A stretch of DNA of 64,000 nucleotides from an uncultured delta proteobacterium (GCA_963798485.1 CAWCTR010000023.1:32001-96000); one strand, 5' to 3'; positions 9,706 to 20,279 are shown, counted from the stretch's first letter. Notes: generated by a model not told the origin, from the sequence alone. Made by a program: numbers and translations.

Positions 9706-10521
9706 CTACTGCCTTTTTTCCTTTGCCTTATCAGTGATGCATGAGAGGATCTCGCCTGCGCCGCCCTGGATGAGGAAATCCGAGACCTCGTTTGTAAGCG
9801 GGGTGGGCTCACGGTTTATCTCGATGACATGGCAGTCGCCCTTTGGGACAAGGCCCCCCATCCCTCTGAACATGGAATGCATACCCTTGGCCACGATAGG
9901 CAGTGACGCAGCAGGCTCGATCTGGGCCGAGGTCCCGATGACGAGCATCAAATCGCATTCCTGGGCGTGCTGGAAGGATTCCCTCAATGCCCCCTGGGGG
10001 ATTGCCTCGCCGAAAAATACGGCATCGGGCTTGAGTACCCCGCCGCATTCGCACAGGGGAGGCAGGCATGTGCTATTCGCAATGATCTCCAGGAGCTGTT
10101 CGTAGCCGTACTTATGGCCGCACTTCAGACATTTGAAAATAAGCATGTTTCCATGGAACTCGATGACATTTCTGCTGCCCGCCTTCTGATGGAGGTTGTC
10201 GATATTCTGGGTGATGACAACCTTGATGATCCCCATTTGTTCCAGGGCGGAAAGCGCCAGGTGGCCCTTGTTGGGTTTCGCGTCCCACAACGACATCGCG
10301 CCCGAGGTGTTCATCTCGATCAGACACTTCCAGACCACGTCCGGTTCGGCTATAAAGCGTGCGTAGAAAAAAAGCGTCGGATCATAACGCTCCCAGATAC
10401 CGCCTTCAGACCTGAAGTCAGGAACGCCTGATTCGGTTGATATCCCTGCACCGGTGAGGACCACCGCATATTTTGCCCTGACAAGCAGGTCAGCAGCCTT
10501 CTCGATGAGGGAAAAATCCAT
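9706..10521 (-). CDS. cobB: NAD-dependent protein deacylase (sirtuin)
   Basis: TGAGISTESGVPDFRS, ITQNIDNLHQ, FHG, CxxC..CxC zinc site, FFGE, GTS; start set at MDFSL. Confidence 0.92.
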   Translation of the reverse strand: MDFSLIEKAADLLVRAKYAVVLTGAGISTESGVPDFRSEGGIWERYDPTLFFYARFIAEPDVVWKCLIEMNTSGAMSLWDAKPNKGHLALSALEQMGIIKVVITQNIDNLHQKAGSRNVIEFHGNMLIFKCLKCGHKYGYEQLLEIIANSTCLPPLCECGGVLKPDAVFFGEAIPQGALRESFQHAQECDLMLVIGTSAQIEPAASLPIVAKGMHSMFRGMGGLVPKGDCHVIEINREPTPLTNEVSDFLIQGGAGEILSCITDKAKEKRQ

Positions 10522-10592
10522 GCATTGAGCTTTACCAGAGCATGTCTGGGAGGTCAAGGCGGATGCATGCTGCTTGAAGTGACATCATCGTG

Positions 10593-11192
10593 CTATTTGA
10601 TGGCCCTTGTTGCCTTGACGGAGGGGTTCTTGAACAGGTCGTCACTGATGCCCTTGTTGAAACGGTATGAGCTCAAGGTGATGTCGCTCGTATTGCCCAG
10701 GGCATCTTTCAGCAGGATGCGCTCTATGAGGTTGTCATCGTTCACCCATACCGATATGGAGCCGGTGCCGGTCTTGGGCATGAGGATCAGGTGGTCGTTC
10801 GTATTGCTAACCGTGTAATGCTCCTCGATCGAGTTCAGGCCGGTAAAGAACCCCAGGATGTTCTGGGCAGCGATCTCGTTCGGGATCTCCTGGACCTGTG
10901 AGGTGCCTTCTTCCGGCAGGATGACCAGCACGGTCTGGCCCTTGAGGATGAGGATCTGCTTCTCAGGGGCCGTTACATCCATCCTGACCCCTGAAGTGCG
11001 TTTATAGGAAACCTTGCCGGCGAAATGGACCGTCTTGTTGGCGATTACCTGGAAGGTCTCCTGCTTGAAAAGGGCCGTGAAGTCCTGTATCTTGGCATAG
11101 CGCTTCTGGACTTTTATAAGCTCCACCCCCTGTGCCGTGCCGGTGATGAATAACAGGAGAAATACGAATATCAGACTATTCTTCCATTTCAT
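10593..11192 (-). CDS. lolA: Outer-membrane lipoprotein carrier LolA
   Basis: Signal peptide, FTALFKQ, DALGNTS..F; conserved position after ftsK. Confidence 0.8.
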   Translation of the reverse strand: MKWKNSLIFVFLLLFITGTAQGVELIKVQKRYAKIQDFTALFKQETFQVIANKTVHFAGKVSYKRTSGVRMDVTAPEKQILILKGQTVLVILPEEGTSQVQEIPNEIAAQNILGFFTGLNSIEEHYTVSNTNDHLILMPKTGTGSISVWVNDDNLIERILLKDALGNTSDITLSSYRFNKGISDDLFKNPSVKATRAIK

Positions 11193-13392
11193 GTGCATAT
11201 GATTTAACCAATACCTTTCGTGGTTTGCCTGCAGCATCCGCAGGGCCTAAGACGCCCTCGGTCTCCATCTGCTCGATGATCCTGGCCGCACGGTTGTACC
11301 CAACCCGGAACCGCCGCTGGATCAGCGAGATGGATGCGCTGCCCTTGTTGGTTACGAATTCCAATGCCTCGTCATAGACCGGGTCGGATTCTTCGTCCAG
11401 TCCGTTCGAATCAGAATCTTCCCTTGCCAGTTGTTCGATCTGGGTGTCGAGCTCCTTGATGTAGTCCGGGCCTTTCTGCTCACGAATGAACTCGATCACC
11501 TTGTCCAGCTCCTCCTCAGAGACATAGGCCCCATGAACACGCTTCAGGTTTGAGGTGCCAGGCAGGAGGAAGAGCATGTCGCCAAGGCCTAAAAGCTGAT
11601 CAGCCCCCGAGGAGTCAAGGATGGTGCGGGAATCGATCTTGGATGAGACCCGAAACGAGATGCGTGAAGGGAAGTTGGACTTGATCAGGCCGGTTATGAC
11701 ATCAACCGAAGGTCTCTGGGTGGCGACGATCATATAGATGCCGGCGGCCCTGGCCATCTGGGCCAGGCGTGCAATAAATACCTCCACCTCACGGTTGATC
11801 ATCATGAGGTCCGCCATCTCGTCGATGACGACCACGATCTTGGGCAACAACCCGTCTTCGGAACCTTCCGTGTTCAGCGTGGCCAGGGTGGTTTTCGCAT
11901 CGGGATTCTCTTTCTTGACCTTTTTATTGTACGAGTCGAGGCCCTTCATTCCATGCTCTTTGAAGATCATATAACGCTGCTCCATCTCGCTGACCGCCCA
12001 CTTGAGGACAGGCAGGGCCTCCCTCGGGTCAATGACAACCGGGTGCAGGAGGTGCGGGATGCCTTCATAGTGCGAGAGCTCGATGCGCTTGGGGTCTATC
12101 ATGATGAATTTGAGCTCGGATGGGTTATTCTTATACAGGAGTGAGAGGATCATGGTGTTCAGGCCGACGCTTTTACCGGTGCCTGTAGCGCCTGCAATGA
12201 GAAGGTGAGGCATCTTGGCAAGATTGGTCACCACGGGAACACCTTCGATATCCGTACCCAGGGCCAGGGTCAAAGGCGCGTTCGATGCGGTGAACTCCTT
12301 GCTGGCCAGGATCCTCCGCAGACTCACGAGCTCCCGGGAGCGGTTGGGTATCTCTATGCCCACGGCATTCTTGCCGGGTATAGGGGCCACTACCCGCACC
12401 GGCGCCGCCTTGAGCGCCATGGCAAGGTCATCAGCCAGGGAAACGATCTTGTTGATTTTAATACCGGGTGCGGGGGTGAACTCGTACATAGTGATAACCG
12501 GACCCGGCTTGATCTCAAGGATCTCCCCATCCACGCCGAAGTCCTTGAGCTTGGACAGGATCAGTGAGGCGTTTGCCTTGAGCTCTTTTTCCGTGATGGT
12601 CCGGCTTTTCGAGGGCGGGTTGTTGAGCAAAGAAATCGGGGGGATCTGGTAATTATCAATAAAGTCCAACGTAGCCTGTTTGGGGATCTCTGCCACATCA
12701 GGACCCTCGTGCTCCATCATGGTGATCCGCGGCTCTTTACCGGAGGGTTCTTTATCGGGCCTGGACTTGAGCAAGGCCTTCTTGGACGGCCTTGTCTCCG
12801 GAGTGCGCTCAACTATGCCGCGCTTGATCTTGACAAGCCGCCGGCCTTTAATGAGCTCAATAAAGTCACGGACCCCGCGTACAGGCGAAGACATGTCATA
12901 ACCCATCATGATCCCGCCTGCAAGGAGCATGAGCAGCAGCATCAGCGAGCCCCAGCGGTTGAGGTAGTCCATCAGAGAATCCCCGATGATCTTGCCGATG
13001 GCGCCCCCTGCCTTGATAGTGGTAGAGAACAGCTTCAGCTCGCCTAAAAAGATGTGGAGAAGACCCAGCACCGCGAACATGATAATGGCGGTGCTTGCGA
13101 AGTGCAGCCAGTTTATGGGGCGCTTCCTTATGCAGTAGCGCCAGGCATAGTCCACCAGGAAGATGGGCAAGGCAAAGGCCCACACCCCGAGGATGATGTA
13201 GAGGCCATCTGCTATATAGGAACCGACAAAACCCATCCAGTTATGGAAGGTATCGGTGTGTTTAGACAAGGTAAAGCCGGGGTCGGTAGGGGAATAAGAG
13301 ATGAGGGCAAGCAGGAAAAATATGGCGGCAAAGATCAGGAACAATCCTGTGATATGTACAGGTATGGTGCTCGCACGTTCCCTTTTTGCCAT
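11176..13392 (-). CDS. ftsK: DNA translocase FtsK
   Basis: N-terminal TM helices, PHLLIAGATGTGKS, IDEMADLM, ATQRPSVDVITG, gamma domain GYNRAAR. Confidence 0.97.
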   Translation of the reverse strand: MAKRERASTIPVHITGLFLIFAAIFFLLALISYSPTDPGFTLSKHTDTFHNWMGFVGSYIADGLYIILGVWAFALPIFLVDYAWRYCIRKRPINWLHFASTAIIMFAVLGLLHIFLGELKLFSTTIKAGGAIGKIIGDSLMDYLNRWGSLMLLLMLLAGGIMMGYDMSSPVRGVRDFIELIKGRRLVKIKRGIVERTPETRPSKKALLKSRPDKEPSGKEPRITMMEHEGPDVAEIPKQATLDFIDNYQIPPISLLNNPPSKSRTITEKELKANASLILSKLKDFGVDGEILEIKPGPVITMYEFTPAPGIKINKIVSLADDLAMALKAAPVRVVAPIPGKNAVGIEIPNRSRELVSLRRILASKEFTASNAPLTLALGTDIEGVPVVTNLAKMPHLLIAGATGTGKSVGLNTMILSLLYKNNPSELKFIMIDPKRIELSHYEGIPHLLHPVVIDPREALPVLKWAVSEMEQRYMIFKEHGMKGLDSYNKKVKKENPDAKTTLATLNTEGSEDGLLPKIVVVIDEMADLMMINREVEVFIARLAQMARAAGIYMIVATQRPSVDVITGLIKSNFPSRISFRVSSKIDSRTILDSSGADQLLGLGDMLFLLPGTSNLKRVHGAYVSEEELDKVIEFIREQKGPDYIKELDTQIEQLAREDSDSNGLDEESDPVYDEALEFVTNKGSASISLIQRRFRVGYNRAARIIEQMETEGVLGPADAAGKPRKVLVKSYAHEMEE

Positions 13393-13539
13393 GGATGAAC
13401 CTTCCTTACATCAGCACCCTTGTCGGTGACACCCGTTCAGTTATCAATACGTAAAGAATAGATGAAAAATACATTCTTTGTAACGTCCATACCAGAAATC
13501 CCAAAGAAATCAACCCTGCGATAAGGGGATATCCGGCAA

Positions 13540-15156
13540 CTACATCTCCATGATGATGGGGATTACCATAGGTTTTTTCCCGAGCCTTGCTTTGAGGCTG
13601 GTGCCCAGCGATTCCCGCATGCGGTTCTGGATCACCTGGGTGTCCGTGTTTTTCCCGAGGAAAGATTCCAAGATAGTAAGGGCATTCTTCCGTATCTCGT
13701 CCATGATCTCCTGTTCCATGCTCGCAGGCACTACTCCTTTGCACATGATATCAGGCCCCAATGCCACCTCATGCTTGACCGAGTCGATCACGACAAATAC
13801 GATAACAAGCCCGCCTTCTGAGATGTGCCTGCGATCCCTCAGCACCACATCCCCGATGTCACCGGTAAGCTCGCCGTCCACAAAACACTTTCCATGCGGG
13901 GCTTCGCCGGTAATCTCCATGCCGGTCTCCGTCAATGACCAGATCTGTCCGGGCCGTGCAAATATTATCTGTGGGTCCGTATGAAGCGAGTTCTCCACCA
14001 GGCCTGCCAATGATTTCATGTGTCGCAGCTCGCCATGGACGGGCATGATGATCTGTGGATTGAGCAGCCGCACCGCCTCTATGAGCTCACCTTGGGTGGC
14101 ATGGCCTGTTGCATGAACGTCTGCAATGTCAGGATAATAAACCCGTGCGCCATAGTCGATGAGCTGGTCGATACATCGGGAAATGGCGATCTCATTGCCC
14201 GGGATGATCCTGGCCGAGATGATCACGCTGTCCGATGATTTCACCTTGAACTTGTGCCACCCCCTGGCGATAAGGGACAGCACGGAATATACCTCCCCCT
14301 GGGTGCCCGTGCAGATGATCATGAGCCTGCTTCTATCGATGGCGAGGATCTCTTCGGGCTTGATGAAATCTCTGGAATCGAACTCCACGATGCCGAGGTC
14401 GGCGGCGATATCCACCACCTGGTTCATGCTCCTGCCGATAATGGTGACCCTTCTGTTGTTCTTGACGGCAAGCTCATAGAGCATCTGGATACGCCTCACA
14501 TGGCTGGAAAAGGTGGAGACGATAACTGCCCCTTGCGTGTTTTTAATGATGGATTCTATGCTGGAGAAAACTGTTCCTTCGTCCGAGCACCTGGGGTCGA
14601 GCTCCGCATTGGTGCTCTCACAGATGAAGAGCTTGACCGGGCCTTCCATGGTGCGGAACTCGGACGGCATATCTTTAAAGTCTCCGGAATGGATAATGCG
14701 GCCCTGGGGTGTGAGCATGTTCAGGGAGTAACACCCGATAGTGGAGTGGCGAACCTCTAAGAATTCTATTTCCATGCCTGCCAGGCTGATCTTTTGCCCT
14801 GCATGGACGGCGATGAGCTTGAGATGGCCGTCCATGTCATACTCCTTGAGCTTGCGCTTTGCCAGCTCCAGCGTGAAGGGGTGGCTGTAGACAGGGATAG
14901 GGGCCTCTTTCAGGAGATATGGCAGGGCGCCGATGTGGTCTTCATGCCCGTGTGTAAGGAGAATCCCGTCAAAGGCCTCCTGGTTTTCCACAACATACGA
15001 GAAATCCGGGATGATCTGATCGATGCCCGTGAGGTTGTACTTGGGAAACATGATCCCCGCATCCACCAAAATGGACCCTGCGCCGGTCTCGATGACCATG
15101 GAGTTTAGCCCGAATTCCCTGACACCGCCTAAGGGGATCACCTTGACCGTGTTCAT
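13540..15156 (-). CDS. rnj: Ribonuclease J
   Basis: IPLGGVREFG, THGHEDHIGA, SGDFK, HATGHA, PVHGE; start at MNTVK overlaps the plsC stop (ATGA). Confidence 0.94.
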   Translation of the reverse strand: MNTVKVIPLGGVREFGLNSMVIETGAGSILVDAGIMFPKYNLTGIDQIIPDFSYVVENQEAFDGILLTHGHEDHIGALPYLLKEAPIPVYSHPFTLELAKRKLKEYDMDGHLKLIAVHAGQKISLAGMEIEFLEVRHSTIGCYSLNMLTPQGRIIHSGDFKDMPSEFRTMEGPVKLFICESTNAELDPRCSDEGTVFSSIESIIKNTQGAVIVSTFSSHVRRIQMLYELAVKNNRRVTIIGRSMNQVVDIAADLGIVEFDSRDFIKPEEILAIDRSRLMIICTGTQGEVYSVLSLIARGWHKFKVKSSDSVIISARIIPGNEIAISRCIDQLIDYGARVYYPDIADVHATGHATQGELIEAVRLLNPQIIMPVHGELRHMKSLAGLVENSLHTDPQIIFARPGQIWSLTETGMEITGEAPHGKCFVDGELTGDIGDVVLRDRRHISEGGLVIVFVVIDSVKHEVALGPDIMCKGVVPASMEQEIMDEIRKNALTILESFLGKNTDTQVIQNRMRESLGTSLKARLGKKPMVIPIIMEM

Positions 15157-16415
15157 AGAATCCCCCCGGCTAGCCTTTGTATTTGTGTACGCAATTCGCT
15201 GGATGCGGATTCGATGTCGTCCCTGGTTTGCCTCGGGATGGGTATATGTGCAAACTTTATGGGTTTGCCGACAGCGATCTTTACGGGAGAAAGCTTGATT
15301 GCCGATGTCCAGCGGGGCATAAGGCTGTATGCACCCGATATGCCCACAGGGATAACGGGCGTATCCAGGGCAAGGATAAGCCGGATCGCTCCGGTGCGTA
15401 GCGGCAGCATCTCCCCGTCCCATGTACGCTCGCCCTCGGGGAATATACCAAGGATATGGCCATGCCGGACCACCCGAATTGCGTTACGGATAGTCAGAAC
15501 ATCGATGGTATACCTCCTCACCGGGAAGGACCCCGCATGTCGCAGGAACCACTTCATGAGGCAATGGCGGTACTCAGAATTTTTAGCCATATACCATATG
15601 TCGCGTCTTGTTAAGAAACCGAGGATAACAGAGTCGAGAAAAGATGTATGGTTGGGCGCGACAATGGCTGCCCCCTTGGAGGGTATGTTCTCAAGGCCTG
15701 TGATAGTAACCGACAAGAGGGCCTTGAGAATAGGTCGGGCAATGGGCTTCAGCACCATGGAAAGCATGCTCTTATCCCTTGGGTACCACCTTCTTTCAGG
15801 CGCACGCAGCCTTTGATGGCCTGGCGCCTTTGACGGGTTTTCCCTGAAGGAGCCCTTGAAACGGACCCTGGGGTAGAATTCCACTATCTCCCTGGGGGCA
15901 TGATGTTTTTTCAGCGCCTTCTGGATGAGGTCTTCCCACTTCTTGCCCGATTCATGGAGAAAATCAAAAAACAGGGGACCGTGTTCACGGCTGACGACGA
16001 TAACGGTATTCGACTCAATGGTAACACCCATGAGTGCAGTAAAAGGCACATCAATGCTGCTGGTGACACCCGAAAAGCTCAAGGCGTCTTCTTTGAGGAA
16101 CAGGGTGCCGGTATCTACGGGCACCCTTGTGAAACGGTAGGCAGTAATGCCTGCATACCCTTTATACATACCATCCTGAGACTCACGCGAAAGCCTGACC
16201 CGGCGGCTTTTCATAATGACGCCTGAAAAGGCTTGGGGCAGCTCAAAGGCTTGGATCTTTGTATACCAGTGAGAAATCGGCCGGATTTCCCCTTCCATGG
16301 AGGCGAGGAAACGTGTTGTGAGCCTGAAGTCCACATGACAGGATACGCAATGATTCTGATCCAGCCAATCAAATGCACCACATTGAGGGCACCTATAGAG
16401 CAGATCATTAATCAT
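15153..16415 (-). CDS. PlsC-type lysophospholipid acyltransferase with N-terminal Zn-ribbon extension
   Basis: NHTSFLD and FPEGER acyltransferase blocks; N-terminal CPQC..CVSC. Confidence 0.85.
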   Translation of the reverse strand: MINDLLYRCPQCGAFDWLDQNHCVSCHVDFRLTTRFLASMEGEIRPISHWYTKIQAFELPQAFSGVIMKSRRVRLSRESQDGMYKGYAGITAYRFTRVPVDTGTLFLKEDALSFSGVTSSIDVPFTALMGVTIESNTVIVVSREHGPLFFDFLHESGKKWEDLIQKALKKHHAPREIVEFYPRVRFKGSFRENPSKAPGHQRLRAPERRWYPRDKSMLSMVLKPIARPILKALLSVTITGLENIPSKGAAIVAPNHTSFLDSVILGFLTRRDIWYMAKNSEYRHCLMKWFLRHAGSFPVRRYTIDVLTIRNAIRVVRHGHILGIFPEGERTWDGEMLPLRTGAIRLILALDTPVIPVGISGAYSLMPRWTSAIKLSPVKIAVGKPIKFAHIPIPRQTRDDIESASSELRTQIQRLAGGIL

Positions 16416-16522
16416 CGGCTAGGCAGTATAACCGAGTTTGATAGACTTGTACACCTCTTCCATGGGTCGGTTAATACCCTTTTCTAAAGGATTTATGCTG
16501 ATGAACGGCAGATAGTTACTTC

Positions 16523-16843
16523 TTAGTCTTCGGTGTTCATGAGGTCGTTAAGCATATCATCACGTGTTTTGATTGCATTCAGCACGGACTCGAACCCTGT
16601 TTTCGAGAGCATCATGTCGGTAAATTCCTTTGCTATGTCAACGTTTGACTCCATATGTCCATCGGAGTTCACGGCGGCGGGCTCGTCGGACCTGCTCGTG
16701 GCATCGTCCACAGTGCCGTCTTTTGATGGTGTAATAGTGGACCTGATAGCTTTGTAGTCAGGCGTGTTCATGTTCGCCACATTGGAAGAGGCATTGGCCT
16801 GAAGGATCTCTTGTGCCCTCAATGAGGATAAGAGTATGGACAT
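16523..16843 (-). CDS. Small flagellar basal-body rod/hook-like protein (terminal motifs only)
   Basis: NVANMNTPDYK and SNVDIAKEFTDMM motifs; sigma28 promoter upstream. Confidence 0.82.
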   Translation of the reverse strand: MSILLSSLRAQEILQANASSNVANMNTPDYKAIRSTITPSKDGTVDDATSRSDEPAAVNSDGHMESNVDIAKEFTDMMLSKTGFESVLNAIKTRDDMLNDLMNTED

Positions 16844-16857
16844 AATTATTCTCTCCC

Positions 16858-16887
16858 TTGCCCACTTATCGGAGAAATGGCTATAAT
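16858..16887 (+). promoter_or_regulatory. sigma70 promoter of the histidine kinase operon (leaderless)
   Basis: TTGCCC-N18-TATAAT, 7 nt before ATG 16895. Confidence 0.65.
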
Positions 16888-16892
16888 CTTGA
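16866..16892 (-). promoter_or_regulatory. sigma28 (FliA) promoter
   Basis: TCAA-N15-TCCGATAA versus consensus TAAA-N15-GCCGATAA, upstream of a flagellar-type gene. Confidence 0.7.
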
Positions 16893-16894
16893 AT

Positions 16895-18397
16895 ATGACA
16901 AAACCCGGATTCCTACAAAAACTCATTATGACCTATGTGGTCTTTGTGGCGGTCCTTCTCGGGATAACGTTAGTGCTCTTTGTGGTCTCATCACGGGTCA
17001 GCACTCTGAGCACAAAGATCTACCTTATTGATTATAAGAAAAAAGAGATCACCGACAAGCTCATTGCCAACCTTATCTCCATTGAGGAAACCGGCAAGCA
17101 ATATATGCTCCTCCAGAACGATGCCTATCGCTCCATAATGGAGCAGCAGGAAAAGGACATCTCCAGGGCATGGGATAATCTCAACACGAAAGGCATGTAC
17201 TACGATGAGCCCGAGCGGAATATGGTGGAAAACGGCAAGGGTTTGTGGATGGCCTATGTAAGCAGATTCCATACCCAGCTCAAAGGGCTTCCCAATAGCC
17301 CAAAAGATCTTGAGAAGCTCTTTACCCGCAACAGCTCAGAGATAGACGGCATCGTGGGTATTGCCCGGTATGTGAACAATGAGGCGGTAGACCGGTTGCG
17401 GATGCACATTGCCTATTTGAAGGACCTTGGGGATCAGATCATGCTATGGACATGGTGGGTGCTTGCAGTTTCGCTGAGCATCGGTCTCATCGTACCTGTC
17501 CTCATATACCGGAGCGTCAACAGGGACCTCAATCGCATCATGGGCGGCATCAAACACATCGCAGATGGTGATTTCGATCATCGTATCTCCCTTGACAGCA
17601 AGCACGAGCTGGGCCAACTTGCCGAATCATTCAATAATATGGCGTTACGCCTCAAAGAGCTTGATACGATGAAATCCGAGTTTATTTCAGTCGTGTCGCA
17701 CGAGCTGAAGACACCGCTGACCTCCATGAAGGAGGCGGCAAGCCTGCTGCTGGAGGGCCTGGCCGGTGATCTCTCCGATAGGCAGAAGAGGCTTGTAGAG
17801 ATCATGGGACAAGGTATCAAGAGGCTTTTACATACTGTCTCCGAACTACTGGATATGTCACGGATAGAAAGCGGCATGGTCAGGTTGCATATGGAACTTC
17901 ATGACATGAACTCGGTAGTAACTTCATTCATATCCGAGATCAACCCCATTGCCGATATCAGCGGTGTGGAGATCAGGGTGGCGTATACCCAGGAAGACTG
18001 CACGGTCATGGTGGACTGGAACAAGATCCTGCAGGTCTTGACAAACCTCACGCACAATGCAATCAAATACTCACCCGAAGGCTCTGTAATAGAGATCAGG
18101 ATAAGGAACTCTGACGGAAATATCATCACTGAGATCGAGGACCATGGCAAGGGAATACCCGAAGAGGACCTGCCCCGTATCTTTGAGAAGTTCTACCAGT
18201 CGAGATACACAAGGGGCCACGGCGGCATAGGGCTCGGTCTTGCGATCTCAAGGGGGATCGTTGATGCACATGGAGGAACGGTGTATGCACAAAGCAGCGA
18301 GGGAAAGGGGAGTATCTTTTCTTTTAGCCTTCCTGTTACTCATGACAATGCTTCTCTTCCAGGGATGCGCGACGGAGATTCTGAGCACCAAGATTGA
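16895..18397 (+). CDS. HAMP-containing sensor histidine kinase (GlrK/QseE-like)
   Basis: Two TM segments, HAMP, SHELKTPL H-box, NAIKYS, DHGKGI, GLGL. Confidence 0.93.
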   Translation: MTKPGFLQKLIMTYVVFVAVLLGITLVLFVVSSRVSTLSTKIYLIDYKKKEITDKLIANLISIEETGKQYMLLQNDAYRSIMEQQEKDISRAWDNLNTKGMYYDEPERNMVENGKGLWMAYVSRFHTQLKGLPNSPKDLEKLFTRNSSEIDGIVGIARYVNNEAVDRLRMHIAYLKDLGDQIMLWTWWVLAVSLSIGLIVPVLIYRSVNRDLNRIMGGIKHIADGDFDHRISLDSKHELGQLAESFNNMALRLKELDTMKSEFISVVSHELKTPLTSMKEAASLLLEGLAGDLSDRQKRLVEIMGQGIKRLLHTVSELLDMSRIESGMVRLHMELHDMNSVVTSFISEINPIADISGVEIRVAYTQEDCTVMVDWNKILQVLTNLTHNAIKYSPEGSVIEIRIRNSDGNIITEIEDHGKGIPEEDLPRIFEKFYQSRYTRGHGGIGLGLAISRGIVDAHGGTVYAQSSEGKGSIFSFSLPVTHDNASLPGMRDGDSEHQD

Positions 18398-18851
18398 TAC
18401 TGCTGAGAAGAGTCTTTCTGAAGGAAAGGTCTCCGATGAGGATCTCAAGTCAATGAATCCTCTATTACCTCCCTCACTGGTTGCCCGCCACAAGATTGCC
18501 CTCATCATGGATTCAATCATTAAGGGTGAATATGCCTTCAGCGTCATGAAGACCGACCTGGAAGAGATCAGGGGTAAAACATTCGTGCCTGATTACCTAA
18601 AGGTAGAGGCAGGCTACCTGCTGACCCTCATTGAGCGTATGGAGACCCTTCAGAAGTCTGCTGCAAAGGCAAAGGAATATGCAAAGGAAAGTGAAGAACT
18701 TCGGCGGAGCCTTGAGCAGGCAAGGAAAGAAAATGAGGGCTTGAAAAAGGATATCGAGGACATTAAAAAAGAGATTGAGCTGCTGAGTTACAAGCTGAAA
18801 AAACTCGAAGAGATCCATCTCGAGTCTGTCAAGCGCCGAGGAAAGCAATGA
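18285..18851 (+). CDS. Coiled-coil lipoprotein between kinase and regulator (QseG-like position)
   Basis: Lipobox-like FQGC after a hydrophobic stretch; heptad-rich C-terminus; overlaps both neighbours. Confidence 0.75.
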   Translation: MHKAARERGVSFLLAFLLLMTMLLFQGCATEILSTKIDTAEKSLSEGKVSDEDLKSMNPLLPPSLVARHKIALIMDSIIKGEYAFSVMKTDLEEIRGKTFVPDYLKVEAGYLLTLIERMETLQKSAAKAKEYAKESEELRRSLEQARKENEGLKKDIEDIKKEIELLSYKLKKLEEIHLESVKRRGKQ

Positions 18852-20218
18852 ACCCAAAACACAAGATCCTCATCATTGATGACGAGCCGGACATTGTAGA
18901 GGTCCTGGTTGCGAGGCTTGAAGCGATGGGGTTCCATGCCGTGGGATATACCAAGGCCGGTAAGGCCCTGGATGAGCTCAAGAAGGACAATTTCAGCGTC
19001 CTGATCACAGACCTCAAGATGCCTGAAATGGATGGTATGGATGTCCTCAAGGAGGCCAAGAAGATCGACCCGGATATCGAGGTCATCATCTTTACAGCGT
19101 ATGGTTCCATTGAGGGTGCGGTGCAGGCCATTAAGGAAGGGGCGCATGACTACCTTGTGAAGCCTTTCGAGGCCATCGAGTTGGTGGCCAAGATCGAGAA
19201 GGCAATAGAAAAGCGCAGGCTCAAGCAACGGGTCCGTTACCTGGAGCAGGAGATTGGAGACGGCATCGAGCAGCATATTTATGCCGAAAGCCCTGCCATG
19301 AAGAAGGTTCTGGCCCTGGTCCGCCAGGTAAGCTCATCGGACGCCACTGTGCTTGTTCTTGGCGAGTCAGGCACAGGCAAGGAGCTTGTTACCAGGATGC
19401 TCCACTATGAGAGTAAAAGGCGTGAGGGCAAGCTTGTTATCATGGACTGCGGGGCCACCCCGCACACCCTTATCGAGGCCGAGCTGTTCGGTTATGGGCG
19501 CGGCGCATTTACCGGGGCGGTAAAAGATAAGCGCGGTATCATTGAGGAGGCCGACGGAGGGACGCTTTTCCTTGACGAGATCGGCAACATTTCAACCGAT
19601 ATGCAGACACGTCTCTTGAGGGTGCTGGAATCAGGTGAGTTCAGGCGATTGGGCGAGATCAACCAGAAACATGTAAACATCCGGGTGATAGCCGCCACCA
19701 ATGTGGATCTCAAGGCTAAGGTGGAAAGTGGAGAGTTTCGGGAAGATCTCTTTTACCGGCTTAAGGTCTTCACCATAAACATCCCGCCTCTAAGAGACAG
19801 GAAGGAAGATATCATCGGGCTGGCCCAGGTCTTCCTTACGGAATTCAGCAATAAAACCGGCAAGACCGTTACCGGCTTCAGCAGGGAAGCCATGGACATG
19901 CTTCTTTCCCATACGTGGCCGGGTAATGTCAGAGAGCTCAAGAACATCATCCAGTCCGCAGTTGTGCTCAGCAAGGGGCCTATCATAACCCCGGACGAGA
20001 TCCTACCGTCGGGTATGTTTGACCGCACATCGGCTGTTTCAGCCTCTGAAGAGGGGCTCAACCCCATTGAAGCCCATGAGAAGGCTATGCTTATCCAGGC
20101 GCTGAAAAAGTCCAACTGGGTCCAGAAAGACGCCGCCCAGATCCTCAGCATATCCAGGCGGGTTATGCATTACAAGATCAGGAAGTATAATATCCTCAAT
20201 GAGAAAGAGCAGGCATAG
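18848..20218 (+). CDS. NtrC-family sigma54-dependent response regulator
   Basis: REC (DDE, DLKMP, KPF), GESGTGKE, GAFTGA, FLDEIG, WPGNVRE, C-terminal HTH. Confidence 0.96.
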   Translation: MNPKHKILIIDDEPDIVEVLVARLEAMGFHAVGYTKAGKALDELKKDNFSVLITDLKMPEMDGMDVLKEAKKIDPDIEVIIFTAYGSIEGAVQAIKEGAHDYLVKPFEAIELVAKIEKAIEKRRLKQRVRYLEQEIGDGIEQHIYAESPAMKKVLALVRQVSSSDATVLVLGESGTGKELVTRMLHYESKRREGKLVIMDCGATPHTLIEAELFGYGRGAFTGAVKDKRGIIEEADGGTLFLDEIGNISTDMQTRLLRVLESGEFRRLGEINQKHVNIRVIAATNVDLKAKVESGEFREDLFYRLKVFTINIPPLRDRKEDIIGLAQVFLTEFSNKTGKTVTGFSREAMDMLLSHTWPGNVRELKNIIQSAVVLSKGPIITPDEILPSGMFDRTSAVSASEEGLNPIEAHEKAMLIQALKKSNWVQKDAAQILSISRRVMHYKIRKYNILNEKEQA

Positions 20219-20279
20219 TTAAAACCGCCTTCTCAAAAGAATTGTATCATAACTGATTTTCATATATAAAGTGACCATC

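Noticed and set aside
15157-15423. N-terminal extensions in the ORF track (rnj; likewise aroE-like, nucleotidyltransferase, exbB, recD2)
   Set aside because: They overlap neighbouring genes or promoters; family homology begins at downstream starts
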